A stretch of DNA of 15,413 bases from Candidatus Margulisiibacteriota bacterium (GCA_034723395.1 JAYEOW010000023.1:1-15413), one strand, 5' to 3'. Shown: positions 1 through 8,336, numbered from the stretch's first letter. Notes: generated by a model not told the origin, from the sequence alone. Program-made: numbers and translations.

Positions 1-441
1 CTTATGTGCGATCAGGTCGGTCTCCTGGACCGTTCCTAAGATGTCGCCGGTCTTGACCTTGTCCCCTTTTTTAACCCCGGGATTGAATTCCCATTTCTTT
101 TTACGGTCAAGCGCGTTTACCGTAACCCCTCTTTCAAGAAAGGCGCCCGCCTTCTTCTGAATCTCGGCTAAGGGGCGTTGAATTCCATCGAAAATCGAGG
201 TCATTAGTCCCGGTCCGAGCTCGACCGAGAGGGGCATGCCGGTCGATACGACCGGATCGCCAACGCCAGTGCCTGCGGTCTCTTCATAGACCTGGATAGA
301 GGCTTTCTCGCCTTGAAGTTCGATGATCTCGCCGATAATTCCCTGCTCGCCGACCTTAACCACATCTGCCATCTTTGCGTTAGGGATCCCTTCGGCAACG
401 ACCAGCGGCCCCGCAACTTTTATTATTTTTCCTTTGTTCAT
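1..441 (-). CDS. atpA: A/V-type ATP synthase subunit A, N-terminal 147 codons (runs off the window)
   Basis: Not in the ORF track; translated by hand from the ATG at 441: MNKGKIIKVAGPLVVAEGIPNAKMADVVKVGEQGIIGEIIELQGEKASIQVYEETAG...PLSVELGPGLMTSIFDGIQRPL, which are hallmark A/V-ATPase subunit A motifs. ATGA overlap with the subunit F stop. Confidence 0.97.
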   Translation of the reverse strand, partial: MNKGKIIKVAGPLVVAEGIPNAKMADVVKVGEQGIIGEIIELQGEKASIQVYEETAGTGVGDPVVSTGMPLSVELGPGLMTSIFDGIQRPLAEIQKKAGAFLERGVTVNALDRKKKWEFNPGVKKGDKVKTGDILGTVQETDLIAHK

Positions 442-758
442 TGTCTAATTATTACCTCCGCGCCTATAGAATTTTTAACCAGGTTTTGGATCTTTCCCGA
501 TGCAATACCGATGCTTCCCCGGTTGTCCGGGATCATCACTATATTGATGTCTGCTTTTTTGTTCAGTTTACCTATCTCTTCCTGCAGATCGGCTGCTAAT
601 CTTTCGGTAATAAAGATCAAGGCTGGTTCCCTTTTGGCGGTCGCTTCATCCAAAGCGCGCCGGGCATCCGTTTCACTCTCGGCCGGGAATGTTTCGATCC
701 CCAGGATCTGCAGCGGGGCTATTAGATATTTGGGCGCGATGAATTTTATTTTATGCAT
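438..758 (-). CDS. atpF: A/V-type ATP synthase subunit F
   Basis: 106 aa with LGIETF, LIFITE, IVMIPD and C-terminal LVKNSIGAEV; lies between subunits C and A. Confidence 0.92.
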   Translation of the reverse strand: MHKIKFIAPKYLIAPLQILGIETFPAESETDARRALDEATAKREPALIFITERLAADLQEEIGKLNKKADINIVMIPDNRGSIGIASGKIQNLVKNSIGAEVIIRQ

Positions 759-1378
759 TAGTAGGATACCCTAAGCCGTTCTTTGATCTGTTCATTCTTG
801 ACATAATTCTGTTTGCAGATGAACATGAACCTTAAAGTCTTAATTTCGGCCTGTTTAGCCATATAGAATCCGACCAGCGGTTCAACTCCTGAATTTACGT
901 ACTTTGCCTTCCTGAATTTTTCGACGATAAAATTATCGATCTCTTTTTCGATCAGATGGATAGGGAGGGAGAGATCGAGGAAATCAAATTCCATGCCGGG
1001 CATCGGCTTTTCACCTTTGCGCAGGCTGGTACGGACCTTTTCCAGCCCGATTTTATTATTGGCCATCTGCCGGATCAGCGGAGAGGACGCGTTTTTGAGG
1101 GCCGAATAATTATCTTCGACCAGCGCCTGGATGATCTCGTTCCCCGGCGCAAGTTTGTTCATCAGTTTGACCAGGGCTTTCTTCTCCAGTTCGAACAACT
1201 CTTCAAAATCGAAGGGGTGTTTTAATTTCGGCAGGGTTTCGGCATACGGGGTCTCAGACAGGATATTAAATGCCGTTTCAAAATCGTCTGCGACTGCCAT
1301 CCGCTCCAGTTGGGGAGGGGTAACCAGCCTTGCTTCCAAAGCCCTTATTCTGGCAACTCCGTAATAAAATTTATCCAT
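758..1378 (-). CDS. atpC: A/V-type ATP synthase subunit C (d), internally shortened
   Basis: N-terminal YGVARIRALEARL..LSETPY and C-terminal GVEPLVGFYMAKQAEIKTLR..IKERLR match subunit C; only 206 aa; operon position fits. Confidence 0.88.
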   Translation of the reverse strand: MDKFYYGVARIRALEARLVTPPQLERMAVADDFETAFNILSETPYAETLPKLKHPFDFEELFELEKKALVKLMNKLAPGNEIIQALVEDNYSALKNASSPLIRQMANNKIGLEKVRTSLRKGEKPMPGMEFDFLDLSLPIHLIEKEIDNFIVEKFRKAKYVNSGVEPLVGFYMAKQAEIKTLRFMFICKQNYVKNEQIKERLRVSY

Positions 1379-1724
1379 AAAGTATCTTTGCCGCCTTGAC
1401 TTCGCTGTCTTCCCTCAGTTTTACAAGCTCAGCGCCAGAAATTTCTTTCTCCTTTTTAATCTCTTTGTAGATAGAGCCTAAGATCTTCTGTTTTTCTTCG
1501 AGCAGGGCTTTTTTTGCGGAAAGCCGCGCGGGAACGATTAACGCCCGCTTTTTTTCTTCGGCCTTGCGCTTTGCCTCTTCGATGATCCCAGCTTTTAACT
1601 CCGCGCTTTGCCGCGCTTGCATTTTTTCGAGCTGCGCGAGATTTTCATCGTGCTCCTTTCTCAGCGCAGCCGCCTCGGCGCTTGCTTCTTCAATTATCCG
1701 CTTTTCGATCTCTTTTATCGACAT
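1371..1724 (-). CDS. atpE: A/V-type ATP synthase subunit E, internally shortened
   Basis: Coiled-coil N-terminus (IEKRIIEEA..ARLSAKKALLEEKQ) and the typical terminal helix (LREDSEVKAAKILYG); lies between K and C; only 117 aa. Confidence 0.85.
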   Translation of the reverse strand: MSIKEIEKRIIEEASAEAAALRKEHDENLAQLEKMQARQSAELKAGIIEEAKRKAEEKKRALIVPARLSAKKALLEEKQKILGSIYKEIKKEKEISGAELVKLREDSEVKAAKILYG

Positions 1725-2195
1725 CTAGAGTGATATTCCGCTCACCATTAAAATTGTTGCTAACAACCCGATGACCGCGTAGGTCTCGACCATTGCCGGC
1801 ATAATGATCGCTTTACCAACTTCTTCCGGCCTTTTTGCGATCAGGTGGATGCCCGAAGCCGAAGCCTTCCCTTGATAGATCCCCGAGATCAGTCCGGTAA
1901 ATCCGACCGGCAGGGCGCTAAAAAGGAGCGCTAGTCCTGCCATTGGGGAAACCGCAGTTCCTCCCGCAAGCAGCCCGATCTTCATCATGATGTAGAATCC
2001 GCCTAAAAACCCGTAGAAACCCTGGGTCCCCGGAAGGGCGACCATAACCAGCAGCCTTCCGAACTTTTCCGGGTCTTCTGTCAAAACTCCGCCGGCCGCT
2101 TCACCCGCGATCGCTACCCCCCAAGCCGAACCGATCCCTCCCAGTAAAACCGCCAATGCAACCCCGCCAATTGATAACGCTAAACCTAGATCCAT
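1725..2195 (-). CDS. atpK: A/V-type ATP synthase subunit K (c-ring proteolipid, 4 TM, Na+-type signature)
   Basis: 156 aa hydrophobic protein with GIGSAWGV, LPGTQGFYGF, SGIYQGK and MVETYA motifs as in Enterococcus hirae NtpK; GGAGGG Shine-Dalgarno upstream. Confidence 0.96.
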   Translation of the reverse strand: MDLGLALSIGGVALAVLLGGIGSAWGVAIAGEAAGGVLTEDPEKFGRLLVMVALPGTQGFYGFLGGFYIMMKIGLLAGGTAVSPMAGLALLFSALPVGFTGLISGIYQGKASASGIHLIAKRPEEVGKAIIMPAMVETYAVIGLLATILMVSGISL

Positions 2196-2197
2196 GA

Positions 2198-4147
2198 TTA
2201 TCCCTCCTTGATGATTGTAAACTCGGCCTCCCGTTTGAAAGGCCTGAATTCCCGACCTCCTCCTTCATAAAATTTACTAAAAAACTCGACCATTTGCAGT
2301 CTGGTTGAGTGGACAAAAGCGCCTAGAGTGCCGATAACTAAATTAAAGATATGGCCAAAGATCAGGAGGATAACCATTAATACAACTCCGAGAATTGGAA
2401 CGCCGCCCTTAACCATTCCTGCTAGAATATTGATAACCGAACCGATGATCGTGGTCGACATACCGAGAGCTAACAGCCGTGAATAGGAGAGGACATCTCC
2501 CATATATCCTGATAATTTGTATAAGCTTAAGAGGCCGCTTAAAAATTTCTGAACGATATTCTTTTTATGCCTTCCTTGAGTTAAGACCATCAAAACCGCT
2601 CCGGCAATGCTTAGATTAGAGGCAAGTTTGACCGTTGACGGGAAGGCGGCGCTGGAGATGATCAGAAATACTAAAGAGCTTAAGAAATAGATCCAGAGGC
2701 CGTCATCCAAAATCGCGTCCATAAACTGCCGGTTCATGATCTTATGGGCCATCTGCAGGCTGATCCCAAAAAGGATCTGGACGACGCCTAAAGCTAAAGA
2801 AAAACCGAGCATGGTCAAAGGATTTTTAATAGGATCGATAATTTGGATCCTGCTCAGAATTGGTAATAAAACTGGAATATCCTTGGGAGTGAATCCAAGA
2901 TAAGATCCGGTCAATAGCCCGACAATTGTTGCTACCCCTCCGCCAAAGATCAATAGATTAAAAAGTTTTACGCCGCCTTTGGGCAACTGGTAACGTCTTA
3001 GAAAATAAAGCGAGAAAGCGATCAGGACCAGCCCGTAGCCAAAGTCTCCCAGGCATATTCCAAAGAAGAGGGCAAAGAAAAAAGAGAGGGGGCCGGTCGG
3101 GTCGAGCTCATCCGGTTTTGGAGTGCCGTAAATATTGGTGATCAATTCAAAAGGGGAGAGCGCCTTTGCGTTCTTTAGCGCGACCGGAGGTTTTTCTCCC
3201 TTTCGCGGACCAATTTTCGAAACCGCTGCTTCAGGAGTTATCTGCGCAAGCCGCTTCAGGAGCTTTTCGTAATCTGATTTTTTTATCCAGCCTTCGACCA
3301 CGAACGTATAACTGGTATCGATAAATTTATTTTTGGCCTCGGCGATCGATTTATTATCGAGGTTGTGATCGTAAATATATTTTATCTTATCGAGATGGCT
3401 TAGTAGCTGTTTTGCCTCTTTAACATCTTCTTCGATATCTTTTTCGGCGTCGGACAGGATATGCTGTAGTTTTTTTATCTCTTCTCCGGGCGTTTTTTCA
3501 GATATGGGGAGGATGATCTGTTCAAAACCGGTCTTTGACAGAAAATTGACCAGATCATTTTTCTCTGCAGCCAGATAGAGGAGGACCATGTGGGCCTCTT
3601 CTTTGGTCTGTTCGGCGATCACAATATCTACTGCGTCCGAGAATTTTTCGAATCCGCTTTTAAAATCGGCAAAAGCGCCGGTCCTTATCTTTCCGGCGGC
3701 AACGCAGGTTTTAATGCCGCCGCCCAGCTCTTGCAGCGGGACATCCAGTTTCCGCCAGGGGAGGAGTTTTTTAATGTCATTATTCAGTTCGGTTTTAAGG
3801 TTTTTCAGGTTGGTGAGCTTACTTTCGATCCCTTTGCATTTGTCGATAAACTTTTTGCAGTCGAATTCCCGGCAAACGGTGGTGAGCTTTTCTTTGCTGA
3901 TCTCTTTTTTTTCGGTAAAAAAACTTTCGATAAACCCCTTCTTTATCTCGCCGATCGTTTCGAGGAAAGCAATGACCGATTTGATCTCCGCGAGCTGCAG
4001 CTCATATTCCCCAGGTTCTTTGGCGGGAGCTCCCTCTTCGACTTGCTGAATGTCGATAACTTCACTATTTTTAAGTAGATTTACAATCGTATCCTGGTGT
4101 TTTTTAAGGGAGGCGAGATGGATCTTTTGCATCTCTACGATAGACAT
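2198..4147 (-). CDS. atpI: A/V-type ATP synthase subunit I (a)
   Basis: 649 aa; EGWI, YGTPKPDELDPT, FFGICLGDFGYG, DVLSYSRLLALG (essential Arg) and HSTRLQMVEFFSKFYEGGG motifs. Confidence 0.97.
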   Translation of the reverse strand: MSIVEMQKIHLASLKKHQDTIVNLLKNSEVIDIQQVEEGAPAKEPGEYELQLAEIKSVIAFLETIGEIKKGFIESFFTEKKEISKEKLTTVCREFDCKKFIDKCKGIESKLTNLKNLKTELNNDIKKLLPWRKLDVPLQELGGGIKTCVAAGKIRTGAFADFKSGFEKFSDAVDIVIAEQTKEEAHMVLLYLAAEKNDLVNFLSKTGFEQIILPISEKTPGEEIKKLQHILSDAEKDIEEDVKEAKQLLSHLDKIKYIYDHNLDNKSIAEAKNKFIDTSYTFVVEGWIKKSDYEKLLKRLAQITPEAAVSKIGPRKGEKPPVALKNAKALSPFELITNIYGTPKPDELDPTGPLSFFFALFFGICLGDFGYGLVLIAFSLYFLRRYQLPKGGVKLFNLLIFGGGVATIVGLLTGSYLGFTPKDIPVLLPILSRIQIIDPIKNPLTMLGFSLALGVVQILFGISLQMAHKIMNRQFMDAILDDGLWIYFLSSLVFLIISSAAFPSTVKLASNLSIAGAVLMVLTQGRHKKNIVQKFLSGLLSLYKLSGYMGDVLSYSRLLALGMSTTIIGSVINILAGMVKGGVPILGVVLMVILLIFGHIFNLVIGTLGAFVHSTRLQMVEFFSKFYEGGGREFRPFKREAEFTIIKEG

Positions 4148-4440
4148 CGCAGAATTTCCTTTTTCGCCGGGGCAATATTTTGTTTTACGCTCTTTTTAAG
4201 CTCTTTAATCTCTTTTTCCGAATCACTTTCGATCTTTTTTACCTCTGCCTTTGCCTCTGCCTCTGCTTTTTTAACTAGTTCCTGGCCTTCACTTTTCGCC
4301 TTTTTACTTATCTCCTCAAGCTCCTGATCATGTTGTTTCCCGCGCTTTTTCGTATCCAACGCGCACTCCTGCCGCATCTCTTTTACGATCGCCGCCGCCC
4401 GCTCTTCAATTACTTTTATTTTTTGGAGTGTTTCAGACAT
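4135..4440 (-). CDS. A/V-type ATP synthase subunit H/G (peripheral stalk)
   Basis: 101 aa charged coiled coil (ETLQKIKVIEERA..KKAEAEAKAE), first gene of the operon, overlapping the subunit I start. Confidence 0.82.
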   Translation of the reverse strand: MSETLQKIKVIEERAAAIVKEMRQECALDTKKRGKQHDQELEEISKKAKSEGQELVKKAEAEAKAEVKKIESDSEKEIKELKKSVKQNIAPAKKEILRCLS

Positions 4441-4452
4441 TGTAGAGGGATA

Positions 4453-4463
4453 ATTTTAGCATA
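4453..4463 (-). promoter_or_regulatory. Extended -10 promoter (TATGCTAAAAT) for the ATPase operon
   Basis: TGnTAAAAT on the minus strand, ending 12 nt before the ATG at 4440. Confidence 0.6.
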
Positions 4464-4491
4464 AAAGGGATAGTCTAGTCTAATGATTATT

Positions 4492-4596
4492 CCCTCACCC
4501 AAACAATTCGCTGCTGCACAAAATTCTTGAACTCCCTCTCCCTGGGGGCGAGGGAGAAATAGAAATACTATAGATCAATGGAGGGTTGGATGAGGG
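4492..4596. repeat. Palindromic intergenic element (CCCTCACCC/CCCTCTCCC type)
   Basis: Outer arms CCCTCACCCAAAC (4492-4504) and GGTTGGATGAGGG (4584-4596) are 11/13 complementary; inner hairpin CTCCCTCTCCC-TGG-GGGCGAGGGAG (4532-4556) pairs 10/11. Confidence 0.6.
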
Positions 4597-4614
4597 TTGT
4601 TGTTTAACCAATTC

Positions 4615-4625
4615 TATGCTAAAAT
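4615..4625 (+). promoter_or_regulatory. Extended -10 promoter (TATGCTAAAAT) for the wecA-pyrG operon
   Basis: TGnTAAAAT ending 11 nt before the ATG at 4637; the same 11-mer as the divergent promoter. Confidence 0.6.
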
Positions 4626-4636
4626 AAAAACCCGTA

Positions 4637-5590
4637 ATGGCAGTATATCTCCTAACCTTTTTGCTGGCTTTTTTTGTAACCTACTTGACCACTCCAGTAG
4701 TCAAAATATTAGCCTCCAGATTCAATGCTTTAGATATTCCCAACGATCGTAAAGTGCATAGCGAACCGATCCCCCGGTTAGGCGGCCTGGCTATCTATAT
4801 TGGATTCATGGCGGCAGTTATATCCGCCTTCTTTTTTGCCGATTTTACGGGGATAGTTATCGATCCTCGAAACATTATCGGGATAATTATCGGGGCTTCA
4901 TTTTTAGTCGCGGTCGGGATCTATGATGATATTAAAGGGCTAAGGCCGACCCTTAAACTAATCGGCCAGATCGCGGCGGCATTAGTAGTGATCTATTTTG
5001 GAGTAGAGATCACCTTTATCTCGAATCCATTGAATGGGCTTTGGCCGATCGGAGTATTTGCCATTCCTTTGACCTTATTATGGATCGTCGGAATTACCAA
5101 CGCGATCAATATGATCGATGGTCTGGATGGTTTAGCAACCGGTGTTACAGCGATATCGGCGATCACCCTGTTCTTCGTGGCGATCAGAACTCATCAAATA
5201 GGGGCGGCGATACTAATGCTTGCTTTGGGCGCTGCCGCGCTCGGATTTTTGCGCTTTAACTTTGCACCGGCTAAGATCTTTTTGGGCGATTCGGGATCGA
5301 TGTTTTTGGGTTTTATTCTGGCGAGTTCCTCGATTATCGGGGTATTGAAGACGACCCTGGTGGTTGCGCTTGTTATTCCGGTTTTAATTCTCGGGGTGCC
5401 GATCTTTGATACCCTTTTTGCGATCGGGCGAAGGCTGCGATCGGGCAAGCATCCCTTTGAGGCGGATAAAAAACATATCCATCATATGCTTTTGAGGGCG
5501 GGATTTAATACCAGGGAGGCAGTGCTTTCGATCTATATCGCCTGTTTTGTTCTAAGTTTCATTGCGCTGATCATGGCACTACAGAAATGA
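4637..5590 (+). CDS. wecA: Undecaprenyl-phosphate GlcNAc-1-phosphate transferase (WecA/TagO, MraY family)
   Basis: Polytopic membrane protein with DRKVH, PRLGG, GIYDD, NAINMIDGLDGLA, IFLGDSGS and HIHH motifs. Confidence 0.93.
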   Translation: MAVYLLTFLLAFFVTYLTTPVVKILASRFNALDIPNDRKVHSEPIPRLGGLAIYIGFMAAVISAFFFADFTGIVIDPRNIIGIIIGASFLVAVGIYDDIKGLRPTLKLIGQIAAALVVIYFGVEITFISNPLNGLWPIGVFAIPLTLLWIVGITNAINMIDGLDGLATGVTAISAITLFFVAIRTHQIGAAILMLALGAAALGFLRFNFAPAKIFLGDSGSMFLGFILASSSIIGVLKTTLVVALVIPVLILGVPIFDTLFAIGRRLRSGKHPFEADKKHIHHMLLRAGFNTREAVLSIYIACFVLSFIALIMALQK

Positions 5591-6747
5591 TAAATAAAAA
5601 ACGGATAATGTTCGTATTCGGCACTCGGCCCGAAGCTATAAAAATGGCTCCGGTGGTCGCTGAGGTTGAGAAACACCCGGATATTTTGGAGCCGATGATC
5701 GTTTCGACCGGCCAGCACCGCCAGATGCTCGATCAGGTATTGAAATTATTTGGCCTAAAGGTCGATTACGACCTTAATATCATGAAGCATAACCAGACTT
5801 TGACCAGTATTTTAACCAGTACACTGCAGGGATTGGAAGAAATTATTCTGCGTGAAAAACCGGATATGATTTTGGTCCAGGGAGATACCTCGACCTCTTT
5901 TGCCGCCGGCCTGGCCGCTTACTATTACAAAGTGCCTCTGGGACATATCGAGGCAGGATTGAGGACCTTTGATAAATGGAGCCCGTTTCCCGAAGAGATA
6001 AACAGGAAGTTAACGACCTCCCTGGCCGATCTACACTTTCCGCCTACACAAAATTCAGTCGCGAACTTGGTGGAGGAGGGGGTAAGCCGCAATTCGATCT
6101 ACCTGACCGGGAATACAGTGATCGACGCCCTGCTTGAGGTTGTAAAAAAGAATTATGATTTAAAAAAGATCGGCATCAATCTAAATCCGGACAAAAAAAA
6201 CGTGCTGGTTACGACGCATCGGCGGGAGAGCTTCGGAAAGCCGATGGAGAATACCTGCCGGGCGATCTTACGTTTGGCGGAAAGACATAAAGATGAAGTC
6301 GAGATTATCCTGCCGGTACACAAAAATCCGGTAGTGAAGGATACAGTTTCAAATATTTTAGGCCCGGTCGATAATGTTAAACTGATCGATCCGCTCGATT
6401 ACGAGCCATTTGTCCATTTGATGAGGGCTTCCTACATTGTTCTGACCGATTCAGGAGGGGTGCAGGAAGAGGCCCCTTCGTTGGGGAAACCCGTGCTGGT
6501 AATGAGGGACAAAACCGAACGCCCGGAGGCCGTTTCTGCGGGAACGGTTAAATTGGTAGGTGCCAATGAAGAATTACTTTTTGGAGAAGCGAATAATTTG
6601 ATTGAAAACAGTGAGGCTTATAACGCAATGTCGAAAGCGATCAATCCTTACGGGGATGGCCGCGCTTCAGAGAGAATTGTAAAAGCGGTCCTTTTTTATT
6701 TTGGGGCGGTCGACCATAAGCCGGAAGAATTTAAGGTAATAAGATGA
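5587..6747 (+). CDS. wecB: UDP-N-acetylglucosamine 2-epimerase (non-hydrolysing)
   Basis: FGTRPEAIKMAP, VQGDT, HIEAGLRT, PFPEEINR, TDSGGVQEEAPSLGKP and NPYGDG motifs. Confidence 0.97.
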   Translation: MINKKRIMFVFGTRPEAIKMAPVVAEVEKHPDILEPMIVSTGQHRQMLDQVLKLFGLKVDYDLNIMKHNQTLTSILTSTLQGLEEIILREKPDMILVQGDTSTSFAAGLAAYYYKVPLGHIEAGLRTFDKWSPFPEEINRKLTTSLADLHFPPTQNSVANLVEEGVSRNSIYLTGNTVIDALLEVVKKNYDLKKIGINLNPDKKNVLVTTHRRESFGKPMENTCRAILRLAERHKDEVEIILPVHKNPVVKDTVSNILGPVDNVKLIDPLDYEPFVHLMRASYIVLTDSGGVQEEAPSLGKPVLVMRDKTERPEAVSAGTVKLVGANEELLFGEANNLIENSEAYNAMSKAINPYGDGRASERIVKAVLFYFGAVDHKPEEFKVIR

Positions 6748-8000
6748 GAAAAATATTAATTAGAGGAAAAAGCAGGTTGGAGGGAGAGGTCCGGATCTCC
6801 GGATCGAAGAATTCGGGGCTGGCGATCCTGGCCGCGACAATTCTATTGCCGGGCAAAACGGTTATCCGTAATGTCCCGAAGCTTTTGGACATTATAACTT
6901 TTATTCGTGTATTAAGAGCATTAGGTATTCGGGCGGAATATTCGGGTTCCCAGCCAAACACCGTTGAGATCTGGAATAGCGGGGTAAAACATGTCGCGCC
7001 TTACGAGTTGGTAACTAAAATGCGTGCTTCCTTTTTTGTTGTCGGTCCGGTCCTGGCGAAGAACGGCTTGGCAAAAATCCCGCTCCCCGGCGGATGCGCT
7101 ATCGGTTCCCGCCCGGTTAACCTGCATATTAAGGGATTAGAGGCGCTTGGGGCAAAGGTAAGGATCGAACACGGTTTTGTGATCGTTGAAGCAAAAGAGC
7201 TTAAAGGGAGCCGGGTCTATCTCGATTTTCCGTCGGTCGGGGCGACCGAAGCGATCATGATGGCGGCTACTCAGGCTGAAGGGACAACGATCATCGAAAA
7301 CGCCGCCCGGGAGCCGGAGATCGCCGACCTGGCTGAATTCTTAAACAGGGCGGGGGCGGATATTACCGGGGTTGGAACTGAGGAGATCAAAATCAAAGGG
7401 ATAACAAAATTAAAGCCGGTCGAATACTCGATCATTGCCGACCGGATCGAGGCGGGGACGTTTATGGTCGCCGCGGCGATAACAAGGGGAGATGTCCTGG
7501 TAAAAGATATTATCCCCGAACATCTTGAGGCAACTTTTGGGAAATTAAAAGAGATCGGAGTGGAGATAAAGGTAAAGGGGAATGAGGTTAGGGTAATCGC
7601 CAGGAACGGGATCAAGGCGGCGGATATAAAGACGATGCCGTATCCCGGTTTTCCGACCGATATGCAGCCGCAATTTTCGTCGCTCCTCTGTATGGCGAAA
7701 GGGACCTCGGTTGTTACCGAGACCGTTTTTGAAAATCGTTTTATGCATATGCACGAGTTAAAAAGGATGGGGGCCGATATAAAGCTCGAAGGCCAAAGCG
7801 CGATTATTAATGGGGTGAACGATCTTTCCAGCGCGCCGGTCAAGGTTTCCGACCTGCGGGCGGGAGCGGCGCTAATTCTTGCCGGGTTAAGGGCGGATGG
7901 GGAGACGATGATCGAAGACCGGGACCACCATGTTGAGCGCGGTTATGAGAATATTGCCGAAAAATTCAATAAACTTGGTTCGGATATCACAATAGTATAG
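6744..8000 (+). CDS. murA: UDP-N-acetylglucosamine 1-carboxyvinyltransferase
   Basis: SGSKNS, MRAS, LPGGCAIGSRP (catalytic-loop Cys present), SVGAT, NAAREPE, DRIEAGT, PYPGFPTDMQ and DLRAGA motifs. Confidence 0.98.
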   Translation: MRKILIRGKSRLEGEVRISGSKNSGLAILAATILLPGKTVIRNVPKLLDIITFIRVLRALGIRAEYSGSQPNTVEIWNSGVKHVAPYELVTKMRASFFVVGPVLAKNGLAKIPLPGGCAIGSRPVNLHIKGLEALGAKVRIEHGFVIVEAKELKGSRVYLDFPSVGATEAIMMAATQAEGTTIIENAAREPEIADLAEFLNRAGADITGVGTEEIKIKGITKLKPVEYSIIADRIEAGTFMVAAAITRGDVLVKDIIPEHLEATFGKLKEIGVEIKVKGNEVRVIARNGIKAADIKTMPYPGFPTDMQPQFSSLLCMAKGTSVVTETVFENRFMHMHELKRMGADIKLEGQSAIINGVNDLSSAPVKVSDLRAGAALILAGLRADGETMIEDRDHHVERGYENIAEKFNKLGSDITIV

Positions 8001-8336
8001 ATGTTTGATAGTTTAGTAAAAAAGATTTTGAAAAGAGAACGAGTTAAAGGTAGAATTAACATTGTCCTAATTGATGATAAAGAGATACGGAAGCTGAATA
8101 AGCAATTTAGGAAAAAAGATAAAGCAACTGATGTGCTCGCCTTTCCGATGGGGGAAGATGGGATCCTGGGGGATATCGCGATCTCGGCCGGGACGACAAA
8201 AAGAAACGCAAAGAGTTACGGGGTGAGTTATAAGAGCGAGTTGAAAAGATTGGTTGTCCATGGCGTCCTGCATTTGTTGGGTTACGGCCATGGGAAAAGG
8301 ATGAGCGATGCCGAAAAAATTTATCAAGGCCTTTAG
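8001..8336 (+). CDS. ybeY: rRNA maturation endoribonuclease YbeY (short form)
   Basis: IRKLNKQFRKKDKATDVLAFP, LGDIAIS and the H-x3-H-x5-H metal motif HGVLHLLGYGH; upstream of dgkA as usual. Confidence 0.93.
   Translation: MFDSLVKKILKRERVKGRINIVLIDDKEIRKLNKQFRKKDKATDVLAFPMGEDGILGDIAISAGTTKRNAKSYGVSYKSELKRLVVHGVLHLLGYGHGKRMSDAEKIYQGL

Noticed and set aside
758..1724. Subunits C and E as frameshifted pseudogenes
   Set aside because: Each keeps its conserved N- and C-terminal motifs in one frame and abuts or overlaps its neighbours, leaving no room for missing sequence in another frame.
4241..4268. CCTCTG/CCTTTG short tandem repeat
   Set aside because: Period 6, explained by the AEAEAKAE coiled-coil peptide of subunit H.
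7080..7115. Possible fosfomycin-resistant MurA
   Set aside because: The active-site Cys is retained (PGGCAIG), so there is no Cys-to-Asp resistance signature.
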